From NCBI GenBank assembly GCA_003552665.1, contig PUNW01000218.1, positions 1 through 37,749 of the forward strand: DNA of 37,749 nucleotides. Direction: 5' to 3'. Numbering within the stretch: the stretch's first letter is position 1; every line of letters starts with the position of its first letter. The notes under the pieces were generated by a model. That model had not been told where the DNA came from, did no database searches, and worked only from the letters and a program-made list of their open reading frames with translations. Positions 1 through 8,479 of this stretch are shown here, one piece after another. This stretch comes from Spirochaetaceae bacterium. Its GTDB lineage: Bacteria; Spirochaetota; Spirochaetia; DSM-27196; SLAA01. Position numbers and translations under genes: made by a program.

Positions 1-485
1 ATGGGCGGCTCGATGTGTTGGTGAACAACGCCGGCATCGCCGAGTCCATCGCCCTGACCGAGACGAGCCTCGAGGCCTGGGACCGGCACATGGCGGTCAA
101 TGTGCGCGCGCCGTTCATGCTCGGCACGCGGCTCGTCGATCTCCTCGAACGCTCAACCAATCCCGTTATCGTCAATATCGGCTCGGTTGTTTCGTATAAT
201 GGCTACCCGAATCAGGGAGCCTACACCGCCAGCAAGCACGCGGTGCTCGGCCTTTCGAAGGTGCTCGCCAAGGAGCTGCATTCACGCAACATCAGAGTTC
301 ATATGGTCTCCCCCGGTGGAGTGTCCACCGAGATGATTCGCGAGGTGCGTCCGGACATCGACCCCTCCGACCTCATGGCTCCGCAGGAAATCGCCGAGAC
401 GATCCTGTTTCTGGTTCTGATGCGGGGCAATGCAGTGATTGACGAGGTTGTGTTGCGACGCAGAACGAGCGAGCCCTGGAGGTAG
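1..485 (+). CDS. Short-chain dehydrogenase/reductase (SDR), 5'-truncated by the window edge
   Basis: The frame is open from the window edge (codons in phase with nt 3) to TAG 483-485. The translation begins GRLDVLVNNAG (SDR NNAG motif), followed by the catalytic YTASK (YxxxK) and PGGV motifs. The N-terminal Rossmann part lies outside the window. Confidence 0.85.
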   Translation, partial: GRLDVLVNNAGIAESIALTETSLEAWDRHMAVNVRAPFMLGTRLVDLLERSTNPVIVNIGSVVSYNGYPNQGAYTASKHAVLGLSKVLAKELHSRNIRVHMVSPGGVSTEMIREVRPDIDPSDLMAPQEIAETILFLVLMRGNAVIDEVVLRRRTSEPWR

Positions 486-520
486 CGCGCAGGCCGGACG
501 GTGCCGGACGGCCGCGGCTG

Positions 521-1735
521 TTACAGGCGCACCCGCGCCCCGAACATTGCGTTGAACACCGGCCGTAACCCGGGCTCGCCTGAGAGCTCGGTTCCGAACA
601 CGGCGGCGTTGATCTCGACCGGGCCGGCGTCAATCCCGAAGCCAGCCGCCGGCAGCCCGCGGGCGAAACCGGCACGCAGCGCGAGTACTTCTAGAAGCCG
701 CATCTCGGCGCCGATAGCGGGCTTAAGCGCTATGTTGTCGGTTTCATCGGGGCGAACGAGAAAATCGATCGCATCGCGATAGTCGGCGTACAGCTGCAGG
801 TACTCAACGCCGGACCAGCGCTCGGGGGTTTCAGGCCGATAGCGCACGCCGAGATTGAGCTCGGTTGGGGCCCAGAGACGGTCGCGCTGTTCAAAGTCCT
901 CCCCGTCGAGGAAATCATCAAGACTAGCGTAGCGCGTCTCAACCGCGGGGGCGAGCACGTTGAAAGCGGTGACGGCATAGGTCAGCCGCTCGGTCCGGTC
1001 GTAGCGCACCCCAAGATCGAACCCAACGCCGGTGGTAAGAACAAACGGCTCGTCGAGGAAGCGGCCGAAATCCCCCTCATCGACCAGATCGGGGATCTCA
1101 AGCAGGTCTTCCTGAAAACTGCTCTCGCCGTGCATGAAGCCCTTCATGATAACCCCGCCGTAAAGGTCGCCCTGCGTGTCCGCAGGCAGGGGGAGCCGAA
1201 ACCCGACTCCGCCGACCGCGAGCAGGCGCTCTTCGGCGGCGAGCTCGAGTGTGCGCCCGCTTACGGTTTCTATTCGCAATCCGGTATCGGTGAACAGGCC
1301 GAACCCCACGCCTTCTCCGACAAACCCGAACGCGATCGGGCCGGTGAGGCCCACGCGGGTATAGAGGTTGCGGGTGAGGTCGGTGACTTCGGGCGTAGTG
1401 AGCACGTCTTCAGGATCGTCGTCGATCGCCTCGGCGATAGCGCTTGAGAGCGAGAACACCGGCCCGCTCAGGCGAACCGTAAGCTCGGTTATCTGCAGCT
1501 CCTGTTCGGCGGTCGCGAGCCCGGCCGGATTCGCGAACAATGTGCCGACTCCGTTGTCCCAGGCGGCGTACGCGCCTCCCATCGCCGCGCTCCGCGGGTT
1601 CACAACCCTCGTCAACGCCGGATCGATGAAGTCTGAGGCTGTAGCCGTCGGAGCAGCCGTCAGGCACGCCGCTGCGGTAACGACCCAGACCACTGCGCGC
1701 TTCGTTCTGCCGATTCTGCCGGAACTCGCAAACAC
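521..1735 (-). CDS. Outer-membrane beta-barrel protein, FadL/TodX- or PorV-like (paralog A)
   Basis: The maximal ORF is 521..1783. I prefer the in-frame GTG at 1735 because GGAGG (1746-1750, minus strand) lies 10 nt upstream. Signal peptide RTKRAVVWVVTAAACLTAAPTATA is followed by MGGAYAA...LFANPAGLA, a motif typical of FadL/PorV-type barrels. The sequence shows alternating strand-like periodicity and ends ...FGARVRL. It is a clear paralog of 2563..3810. Confidence 0.7.
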   Translation of the reverse strand: MFASSGRIGRTKRAVVWVVTAAACLTAAPTATASDFIDPALTRVVNPRSAAMGGAYAAWDNGVGTLFANPAGLATAEQELQITELTVRLSGPVFSLSSAIAEAIDDDPEDVLTTPEVTDLTRNLYTRVGLTGPIAFGFVGEGVGFGLFTDTGLRIETVSGRTLELAAEERLLAVGGVGFRLPLPADTQGDLYGGVIMKGFMHGESSFQEDLLEIPDLVDEGDFGRFLDEPFVLTTGVGFDLGVRYDRTERLTYAVTAFNVLAPAVETRYASLDDFLDGEDFEQRDRLWAPTELNLGVRYRPETPERWSGVEYLQLYADYRDAIDFLVRPDETDNIALKPAIGAEMRLLEVLALRAGFARGLPAAGFGIDAGPVEINAAVFGTELSGEPGLRPVFNAMFGARVRL

Positions 1736-1819
1736 TTCTTCACCGCCTCCGATCCATGGTTCGTCGTTCTGTTCTCGCCCCACCCCGGTACGCCGCTATG
1801 ATGCGGGCCGGCGCCGCAT

Positions 1820-2458
1820 CTAGAAATAGCCCAGAAGATCGTCGATGTACTTGGGGTCAGCCAGCCTACCCGTCGCATCATCCACAAACCCCTGCGTCTC
1901 AGCCCACTCAGGCTCACCGAGGTCCGGGGTGAAGTCCCCTTCGTTGGCGTGGGCCGCACGCATGACAAGGGCAAGCCCAACCTCGAGGTACTGCTGTTCG
2001 CTCGCTACCGCACCCTTGTCGTGCGCCGCCTCGATCTGCTTGAGCGCCTCGCCGACGTAGCGGTAACTGAGATCGCCGAGCTTGTTCTCGAGCTGATTCG
2101 CCAGCTCGGTCTGATCACCGAGCTTGCCGTCGAAGGCGAGCTGGAGCAGGTCAGGCAACACCTCGGAAAACCCCGACGCGTTCATCGCAAGGTCGGCGAG
2201 CAGCAGGTTCAGCTCGGCGTCGTCATCCGCATCGACGTTCTTGGAAAGCGCGTCGTAGGCTTTGCGCGCTGAGCTCTTACTCCCCGAGCGCAGCGCGTCC
2301 TCGGCGTAGCGAATCTGCTGGGCCTTGCTCATGTTGTCGGGGTCGCGTTCCAACCACGACAGCGGGCTCGTAGTGAATGCCTGTTCGCATGCGACGAGCA
2401 GGCTCAGGGACACCAACAGAGCGGCGTACGCGCTGCGGCACAGTAATCGGGAGTTCAT
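1820..2458 (-). CDS. Lipoprotein of unknown function (predicted mostly helical)
   Basis: The internal ATG at 2458 is preceded by GGAGGT (2462-2467, minus strand). The N-terminus MNSRLLCRSAYAALLVSLSLLVAC carries a lipobox (LVAC). The 5' part of the ORF (2459-2527) has no support. I recognised no family. Confidence 0.72.
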   Translation of the reverse strand: MNSRLLCRSAYAALLVSLSLLVACEQAFTTSPLSWLERDPDNMSKAQQIRYAEDALRSGSKSSARKAYDALSKNVDADDDAELNLLLADLAMNASGFSEVLPDLLQLAFDGKLGDQTELANQLENKLGDLSYRYVGEALKQIEAAHDKGAVASEQQYLEVGLALVMRAAHANEGDFTPDLGEPEWAETQGFVDDATGRLADPKYIDDLLGYF

Positions 2459-2562
2459 GGTACCTCCAATATCGGCATAATCCCCGCGAGGCATTACCGT
2501 GCACGGCTCACAACGCCGATGACACACCCCATCGAGAACTGGCTGGTTAGCTTCTCAGAAGC

Positions 2563-3810
2563 TCAGAAGCGGATCGCGAACTCCAGCGCCGCGGTGCTGC
2601 TGCGCTCATCGCGAAAACCGTCCCCGAGCTCTCGGCTAAACACCGCGGCGTTGATTTCGATGCCGGGAAGGTCGATCCCGGCTCCGGCGGTAAGATAGCC
2701 CTGATGCATCCCGGCACGCAGGGCGATGCTGCGGAAGAACAACAGCTCGACACCGAGGTTGATGCGAGACTCCGGAGGCAGGTCGGGATGAACCCGTTGG
2801 AACACGTCGTCGAGCTCTACCTGAAAGCGCGGATCGATGCGCCCCGCCCAGTCGCCGGTGTCCGGCTCGTACGCGATCCCCACCGTGCCGTGCATCGGCA
2901 GCTTGCGGGCTCCCCGCTCCACATAGCCGTCTTCGTCTTCCTCGGCCTCCGCCGGAAGCGCCCCACGTTTGAGCTCTTCAAGCACGGTGCGCATATCGGT
3001 CTGCGAATAGTTGAGCGATGTGTCGCCGATATCCCGAACCGCGGCCCCAGCCGTCCAACCATTCCAGAACAGCTGCAGCCCGGCGTCTACACCCACCCCG
3101 TAGCCGTAATAGGTCTCGCGGAGCTCAGCGGCGTAGTCATCGCCGTCATACCCGGTCTCAAGCCCCAGGAAGTGCTCCACCAACGCCCGGGAGCCGGCGG
3201 CGGTGTCTTCATCGTCGGCGTCTATAATCGAGTGCACCCGAATCAGCGGCCGCGCCGCCGCCCCGAGCTGTACGCGTACCGGGCCGATCTCAAACGGGAA
3301 GGCCAGCCCGCCGACGAGGCTCGTTTCGGTGCTGAGGGTGCCTGAACCGTGATCGAACGACTCCCCGTAGAGAAACCCGTCGGCGGTAGTGTGCAGCCCG
3401 ATGCCGAGACCACGGCCCACGTAGCCGATACCGAGACTGGTCCCGCCTCCGAGCCCGTTGCGCCGGAAGGCACGTTCGAGCCGGCGATAGGTGTCGCTGT
3501 CCTCCGGCACCGTGCGGTCCCGCAGCAGCAACCGCGCGACCGTGAGCGCCTGCGACCGCGGTGCGTGCACCCAGCTGCGCGCGCTCACCACGGTTAACTC
3601 CCCCGACGGTCGCGCGAACCCTGCCGGGTTGGCAAACAAAGCGGTATACCCGGCCGCCGTAGCCGCCGTAGCCCCACCCTGCCCCATGACCGCCGGGTCG
3701 GGCGAGAGCACGCGCTGTTCATACTCAGAGGCGAGGGCTGTGGGGACGGAGGTTGCCGTCGAGGTTGCGATCAGGATGAGAGCGATGATAAAGCTACGCT
3801 GCGCCACCAT
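2563..3810 (-). CDS. Outer-membrane beta-barrel protein, FadL/TodX- or PorV-like (paralog B)
   Basis: 415 aa. Signal peptide MVAQRSFIIALILIATSTATSVPTALA, followed by MGQGGATAA...LFANPAGFA. The C-terminal block ALRAGMHQGYLTAGAGIDLPGIEINAAVF...EFAIRF ends in a terminal Phe, as in many OMPs. It shares N- and C-terminal motifs with 521..1735. Confidence 0.78.
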   Translation of the reverse strand: MVAQRSFIIALILIATSTATSVPTALASEYEQRVLSPDPAVMGQGGATAATAAGYTALFANPAGFARPSGELTVVSARSWVHAPRSQALTVARLLLRDRTVPEDSDTYRRLERAFRRNGLGGGTSLGIGYVGRGLGIGLHTTADGFLYGESFDHGSGTLSTETSLVGGLAFPFEIGPVRVQLGAAARPLIRVHSIIDADDEDTAAGSRALVEHFLGLETGYDGDDYAAELRETYYGYGVGVDAGLQLFWNGWTAGAAVRDIGDTSLNYSQTDMRTVLEELKRGALPAEAEEDEDGYVERGARKLPMHGTVGIAYEPDTGDWAGRIDPRFQVELDDVFQRVHPDLPPESRINLGVELLFFRSIALRAGMHQGYLTAGAGIDLPGIEINAAVFSRELGDGFRDERSSTAALEFAIRF

Positions 3811-3820
3811 ACAGTGGTGG

Positions 3821-3829
3821 AGTATATCA
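3821..3829 (-). promoter_or_regulatory. Possible extended -10 element (TGaTATACT) in front of barrel paralog B
   Basis: On the minus strand: TGATATACT (3829-3821). It is followed by 10 nt (ccaccactgt, no SD) and ATG 3810. No recognisable -35. Confidence 0.3.
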
Positions 3830-3866
3830 CAGACGGCGCGGTAGGGACGAACGGGACCGGCACATT

Positions 3867-4520
3867 TTAGGGAAGCCGCTCAAGCCCGCCGGCCGCTTCG
3901 GCGTCGTCGGCATTCAACTCGAGCGCCCGTTCGTACGCGCTTCGCGCGGTCGTAAACTCCTGCGCCTGTTCGCGGGCATAGCCGAGGCGCGCCCACCAGC
4001 CGGCGTTGTTGCCGTTATGGTATACAGCGGTCGACAGCGCGATGTCGGCGCGGTTGTATTCCTCAAACCGAATGAGGATCTCCCCCATGGTGCGATACAC
4101 CTGGGGTACCAGGTTGCCCTGCGGCGCTGCGGCGATATAGCGTTGAAAGTACTCGAGCGCTTCGAGGTCGTCACCGAGTTGAAACTTTGCCTCACCAACG
4201 ATATGCAGCACGCGCTGATCCGACGGTGCCACCTGCAGGCCCTGCAGCCCGTACTCCACCGCCTCTTCATAGCGCCCGAGGGCAAGCAGGCTCCACCCGA
4301 GCACGCTGTAGGCGTTCATGTTGCGGGGGTTATCGTCGAGCTCGCCGAGCGTCGTCTCGACCGCCTGATTGTAGCGTCCATCCCGGTACATCTGCAGCGC
4401 ATCCGGCGGTTGCTGTGCGATAGCAACCGCCGCGAACAGTGCCAGCACTGCAAGCACAGCTACCGGCTTGCCCGCGGCGTGTAAGATCGTTGCTGCGCGC
4501 AAGCCGGAGGGAATGGTCAC
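3867..4520 (-). CDS. TPR repeat protein with signal peptide (periplasmic)
   Basis: The ORF 3867..4607 would overlap the bactofilin gene by 91 nt. The in-frame GTG at 4520 overlaps the bactofilin stop (GTGA, 4517-4520) and is followed by the signal-like segment AAGKPVAVLAVLALFAAVAIA. The body contains TPR-like 34-mers, e.g. AYSVLGWSLLALGRYEEAVEYGLQGLQVAP. Confidence 0.7.
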   Translation of the reverse strand: MTIPSGLRAATILHAAGKPVAVLAVLALFAAVAIAQQPPDALQMYRDGRYNQAVETTLGELDDNPRNMNAYSVLGWSLLALGRYEEAVEYGLQGLQVAPSDQRVLHIVGEAKFQLGDDLEALEYFQRYIAAAPQGNLVPQVYRTMGEILIRFEEYNRADIALSTAVYHNGNNAGWWARLGYAREQAQEFTTARSAYERALELNADDAEAAGGLERLP

Positions 4521-4921
4521 CGCTCGGCTCCCGTTTTGAGGGGCTGTCCGTCTGCGCCGGCCCCGGATTGCTCGGCCGGCATTGTGCAGGTACCGTTGAA
4601 TCGACATCCGCTTTGCACGATCAGATCAGGGGTTTCGATGCTGCCCGAGACAGCGGCGCTCTCGAACAGCTCAACGCGCTCGCCGGCAGTCAGCTCGCCG
4701 CTGAGCGCGCCGCGCACGGTAATTCGCCTGGCCCGAATCGTAGCGTCTACGCGGGCAGCCTCGTTGACGAAAAGATCGCCTGTCGAGGAAATTCTCCCGT
4801 TGAAGCGGCCTTTGATCAGGACGGTAGTGTCGAACTCAAGCTCGCCTTCAAACTCGACATCGTCGGCCAAAACCGTGTCGATATCCGATTCATCGATCGA
4901 CTTCACTCGCCATTCCGGCAT
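4517..4921 (-). CDS. Bactofilin family cytoskeletal protein
   Basis: 134 aa. GAGGA lies 5 nt upstream of ATG 4921. The sequence shows the repetitive beta-helix pattern of the bactofilin/DUF583 domain (DDVEFEGELEFDTTVLIKGRFNGRISSTGDLFVNEAARVDATIRARRITVRGALSGELTAGERVELFESAAVSGSIETPDLIV). Confidence 0.85.
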   Translation of the reverse strand: MPEWRVKSIDESDIDTVLADDVEFEGELEFDTTVLIKGRFNGRISSTGDLFVNEAARVDATIRARRITVRGALSGELTAGERVELFESAAVSGSIETPDLIVQSGCRFNGTCTMPAEQSGAGADGQPLKTGAER

Positions 4922-4972
4922 GCAGGTCCTCGCTTTGTGTGCAAATTATGGTAGCTACGCTCGAAAGCGCTG

Positions 4973-5698
4973 TCAATAATCAGACAGATCCCGTACTACT
5001 TTGTTGATGCTGTGCATGAGTCTATCACGCATCTCGACGGTATACGGATTGAAGCGCTGCAGATCGAGAAACAACTGATACGGGTCATTGCAGGTCTGTT
5101 CAATAACCTCGAGAATCTTGCGGTAGCCCAGCGTGCCGATGAGGCTTTTGTTCAGCTGCATCTCTTTGAGCACGCGCCCGATCACATGCGTCACACCCTG
5201 GGTATAGGCCGCTTCATGGTCATGCTGATCGGCCCCCATCTCGACCACCCGCAGCCCCAACGCCGTGAACTCCCGGTGCCACCTCCGGTAGGTCTCGCTC
5301 GAGGCGCGCGCTTCGGATAGTATCAGCGGCAGTCCCTGCATACCACCGCTAGCGGAGTCCGGGCCGAACATAGGGTGTGTCCCGACAAGCTCAATCGGCT
5401 CGGGAATCATACGTCGCATTACCTCGATCGGATACTTCTTCACCGAACAGGTATCCAACACCGTGGTCGCGTCATCGAGATGCGGTACCAACTGCGCGAG
5501 CGCAGGCTCGAGCGCGGAAATGGCAACGCAGAGAAACACTGCATCGGCCCGCCCGAGCTCCGCAAGCTCCACGCGGCGAACGCCGGGGGGAGTTTCACGT
5601 GCCGGGTCTCGCGTGCCGGCCACCACCTCGAACCGCGTACTAAGCTGCGACGCCCAAAAACTTCCAAAACGGCCCAAGCCGTACACGCCAACCGTCAT
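4973..5698 (-). CDS. tyrA: Prephenate/arogenate dehydrogenase
   Basis: 241 aa. N-terminal dinucleotide fold VGVYGLGRFG and the conserved GTHPMFGP motif are present, along with a helical C-terminal dimerisation region. Confidence 0.8.
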   Translation of the reverse strand: MTVGVYGLGRFGSFWASQLSTRFEVVAGTRDPARETPPGVRRVELAELGRADAVFLCVAISALEPALAQLVPHLDDATTVLDTCSVKKYPIEVMRRMIPEPIELVGTHPMFGPDSASGGMQGLPLILSEARASSETYRRWHREFTALGLRVVEMGADQHDHEAAYTQGVTHVIGRVLKEMQLNKSLIGTLGYRKILEVIEQTCNDPYQLFLDLQRFNPYTVEMRDRLMHSINKVVRDLSDY

Positions 5699-5706
5699 TG
5701 GCGCGT

Positions 5707-5735
5707 ATCTTAGCCGAATCTCATTGCTATTTCAA
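5707..5735 (-). promoter_or_regulatory. Candidate sigma70-type promoter of tyrA with leaderless geometry
   Basis: On the minus strand: TTGAAA (5730-5735), a 17-nt spacer, then TAAGAT (5707-5712). Only 8 nt (acgcgcca, no SD) separate the -10 from ATG 5698. Confidence 0.4.
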
Positions 5736-5790
5736 TTCCGTCCGGCCCGTGTTATCCTTGAAGTAATCAATTGCACGAAAAGGAGCTATC

Positions 5791-6786
5791 ATGGCTTTCA
5801 TTGAGCAGATGTGGGCTAAAGCGAGAGAACTGCGAAAGAATCTGGTATTACCGGAAGGAACCGACCCGCGGATGGTACAAGCGGCTCGCCGCCTGGCTGA
5901 CGAAGGACTGGTAGGCTCGGTGACGCTGCTCGGAGCCCGGTCGGAGATCGACGCGGCGGCGAAGAACGAAGGCGTTGATCTCAGCGGCGTCCAGGTTGTC
6001 GACCCGGGCGAAGCAGCCAACGTGGAGGAGTACGCGCAGGACTACTATGAGCTGCGCAAGCACAAGGGGATAACTGCGGAGGAGGCGCGCTCGGAGATTC
6101 TCGACCCGTTGCGTTGGGCGTCGATGATGGTCCGCCGCGGCGATGCGGACGCCATGGTCGCAGGCGCAATGAACTCCACCGGAAACGTGCTGCGTGCCGC
6201 GTTGTCGATTATCAAGACCGCGCCCGGAACGAAGTACGCCTCGTCCTGTTTCGTGATGCGTATGCCTGATGCGGCATGGGGTGTGGACGGGCATATGATC
6301 TTCGCCGACTGCGCCACCATCCCGGACCCCGATCCTGAGCAGCTTGCCTCAATCGCGGTCTCGGCTGCCGAGAGCTGCCGAACATATCTGCAGACTGAAC
6401 CCGTCGTGGCCATGCTGTCGTTCTCCACCAAGGGCTCGGCCAGTCATCCGGCGGTCGACAAGGTGCTTGAAGCGTTGAAGCTTGCGAAGGAACAGGCGCC
6501 GCAGCTCCAGATCGATGGGGAGCTGCAGGCCGATGCAGCGATCGTCCCCAAGGTGGGTGCCGGCAAAGCCCCGGACAGCCCGGTGGCAGGCAAGGCGAAC
6601 GTGCTGGTGTTTCCCGACCTGAACTCCGGAAACATCGGCTACAAGCTTGTGCAACGACTCGCGGGCGCCGAAGCGTACGGCCCGTTCCTCCAGGGGTTCG
6701 CGAAGCCGGTCAGCGACCTCTCGCGCGGATGCTCGGTCGACGATATCGTAAACACCTCAGCTGTTACCTTGTGCCAGGGAGGATGA
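5791..6786 (+). CDS. pta: Phosphate acetyltransferase
   Basis: 331 aa. AAGGAG lies upstream. It is a full-length match by eye to short-form Pta (PTA_PTB): [18 protein letters not shown]..., [25 protein letters not shown]. Confidence 0.9.
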   Translation: MAFIEQMWAKARELRKNLVLPEGTDPRMVQAARRLADEGLVGSVTLLGARSEIDAAAKNEGVDLSGVQVVDPGEAANVEEYAQDYYELRKHKGITAEEARSEILDPLRWASMMVRRGDADAMVAGAMNSTGNVLRAALSIIKTAPGTKYASSCFVMRMPDAAWGVDGHMIFADCATIPDPDPEQLASIAVSAAESCRTYLQTEPVVAMLSFSTKGSASHPAVDKVLEALKLAKEQAPQLQIDGELQADAAIVPKVGAGKAPDSPVAGKANVLVFPDLNSGNIGYKLVQRLAGAEAYGPFLQGFAKPVSDLSRGCSVDDIVNTSAVTLCQGG

Positions 6787-6790
6787 TGTC

Positions 6791-7552
6791 GTGCACGTCG
6801 TAATCTGTGGATACGGACGCATGGGCCAGGAAGTCGAGCAGGTGTTGCTCGCTCGGGGTCACAGCGTAGTGACGCGAATGGATCCTGCTCCTGATCGCGG
6901 CGACACTAGGGCGATGAAGCCGGCAGACTTCAAGGGATGCAACGGGGTCATCGAGTTTTCGCTCGCCGATGCTGTGACCGCAAACGCGCGGACATATATC
7001 GAAGCCGGCGTGCCGGCCGTCGTCGGAACCACCGGATGGGAGGACAAGCGAGCGGAAGTCGAGCAGGCGGTACGAGACTCAGATAGCGGCTATCTTGTGG
7101 GGTCTAACTTCTCGATTGGGGCTAACCTGATGTTTGCGCTCACCGAAAAGGCCGCCGCAATCATCAACTCGTTCCCCGAATACGACATCATGGTGCAGGA
7201 GTACCATCACACCAGGAAGAAGGACAGCCCTTCAGGGACCGCGCTGACGCTTGCTGAGAAGATCCTGAGCGTGAATCACGCGAAGACCGAGATCGTCAGC
7301 GAGTGCCTGCACCGTCAGATCAAGCCGCACGAGTTACACGTAGGAAGCGTGCGCGGCGGATCGATTCCGGGCGTGCACACCGTGACACTCGACTCGCCGG
7401 CTGATACTATTGCGCTGACGCATTCGGCGCGTAACCGCAGCGGTTTCGCAACCGGAGCGGTCATGGCGCTCGAATGGTTGCAGGGACGTAAGGGGTTTTT
7501 CACGGTGGATGACTTCATCGAAGACCTCATTGCCCGCAGCCTCGAGCACTAG
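6791..7552 (+). CDS. dapB: 4-hydroxy-tetrahydrodipicolinate reductase
   Basis: GTG start at 6791 with GGGAGG at 6777-6782. N-terminal VVICGYGRMG Rossmann motif. The EYHHTRKKDSPSGTA motif is characteristic of DapB. Confidence 0.9.
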   Translation: MHVVICGYGRMGQEVEQVLLARGHSVVTRMDPAPDRGDTRAMKPADFKGCNGVIEFSLADAVTANARTYIEAGVPAVVGTTGWEDKRAEVEQAVRDSDSGYLVGSNFSIGANLMFALTEKAAAIINSFPEYDIMVQEYHHTRKKDSPSGTALTLAEKILSVNHAKTEIVSECLHRQIKPHELHVGSVRGGSIPGVHTVTLDSPADTIALTHSARNRSGFATGAVMALEWLQGRKGFFTVDDFIEDLIARSLEH

Positions 7553-7603
7553 CACTACGAACACATTACATCGAGCATCTGCGCGAACACAGGAGGGAGA
7601 GAC

Positions 7604-8479
7604 ATGTATCAGGGAGCCTATACCGCGCTCATCACGCCGTTCAACACCGATGAGTCGGTTGACGAGGGGGCGTTGCGCGACCTCGTTGAGTTTCAGATCA
7701 GCGAAGGGATCTCAGGCATTGTGCCGGTGGGGACGACCGGAGAGAGCCCGACGGTCACCCACAAAGAGAACGTCGAGGTGGTACGCATCGTCGTCGAACA
7801 GGCCGCCGGCCGCGTACCGGTAATCGCAGGGACCGGTTCGAACAGCACGATGGAAGCGATTGAAATGACCCGTCAGGCTAAGGAAATCGGCGCGAGTGCC
7901 AGCCTGCAGGTAGCACCGTATTACAACAAGCCCAGCCAGGAAGGCTTCTACCGCCACTTCAGCACGATCGCCGACACCGTCGATATGCCGCACGTCGTGT
8001 ACAATATCCCGGGCCGCACCGGAAAGAACATCGAGAACGACACCATGCTGCGCCTTGCTGCACATCCGAATATCCCCGCGGTCAAGGAAGCGAGCGGCAG
8101 CATGCCGCAGGTCATGGATCTGATCGCACGCAAGCCGAAGGATTTCGGAGTGCTCTCGGGCGACGACAACCTCACCTTGCCGATTCTCGCCCTCGGCGGC
8201 GCGGGCGTTATCTCGGTTGCAAGCAACCTGATTCCGGCCCGGATGCAGGCGCTGGTCGATAACTATCTCGCAGGCAAGGTTGAGGCGGCGCGAGCTGAGC
8301 ATTACGCGCTCCTGCCGTTCTTCAAGGGGCTGTTCCTCGACACGAACCCGATCCCGATCAAGTACGCGGTATCGCTGACCGGACGGGTGAAAGAAGTCTA
8401 CCGCTTGCCGCTGTGCCCGATGAGCGACACCGACAAGGCAACCATCAAGCAGATCTTGCAGGACTGCAACCTGCTCTAA
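7604..8479 (+). CDS. dapA: 4-hydroxy-tetrahydrodipicolinate synthase
   Basis: 291 aa. GGAGGGAGAG lies upstream. The TALITPF...VPVGTTGES...YNIPGRTG motifs and the active-site Lys context (AVKEASG) are typical of DapA. Confidence 0.92.
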   Translation: MYQGAYTALITPFNTDESVDEGALRDLVEFQISEGISGIVPVGTTGESPTVTHKENVEVVRIVVEQAAGRVPVIAGTGSNSTMEAIEMTRQAKEIGASASLQVAPYYNKPSQEGFYRHFSTIADTVDMPHVVYNIPGRTGKNIENDTMLRLAAHPNIPAVKEASGSMPQVMDLIARKPKDFGVLSGDDNLTLPILALGGAGVISVASNLIPARMQALVDNYLAGKVEAARAEHYALLPFFKGLFLDTNPIPIKYAVSLTGRVKEVYRLPLCPMSDTDKATIKQILQDCNLL

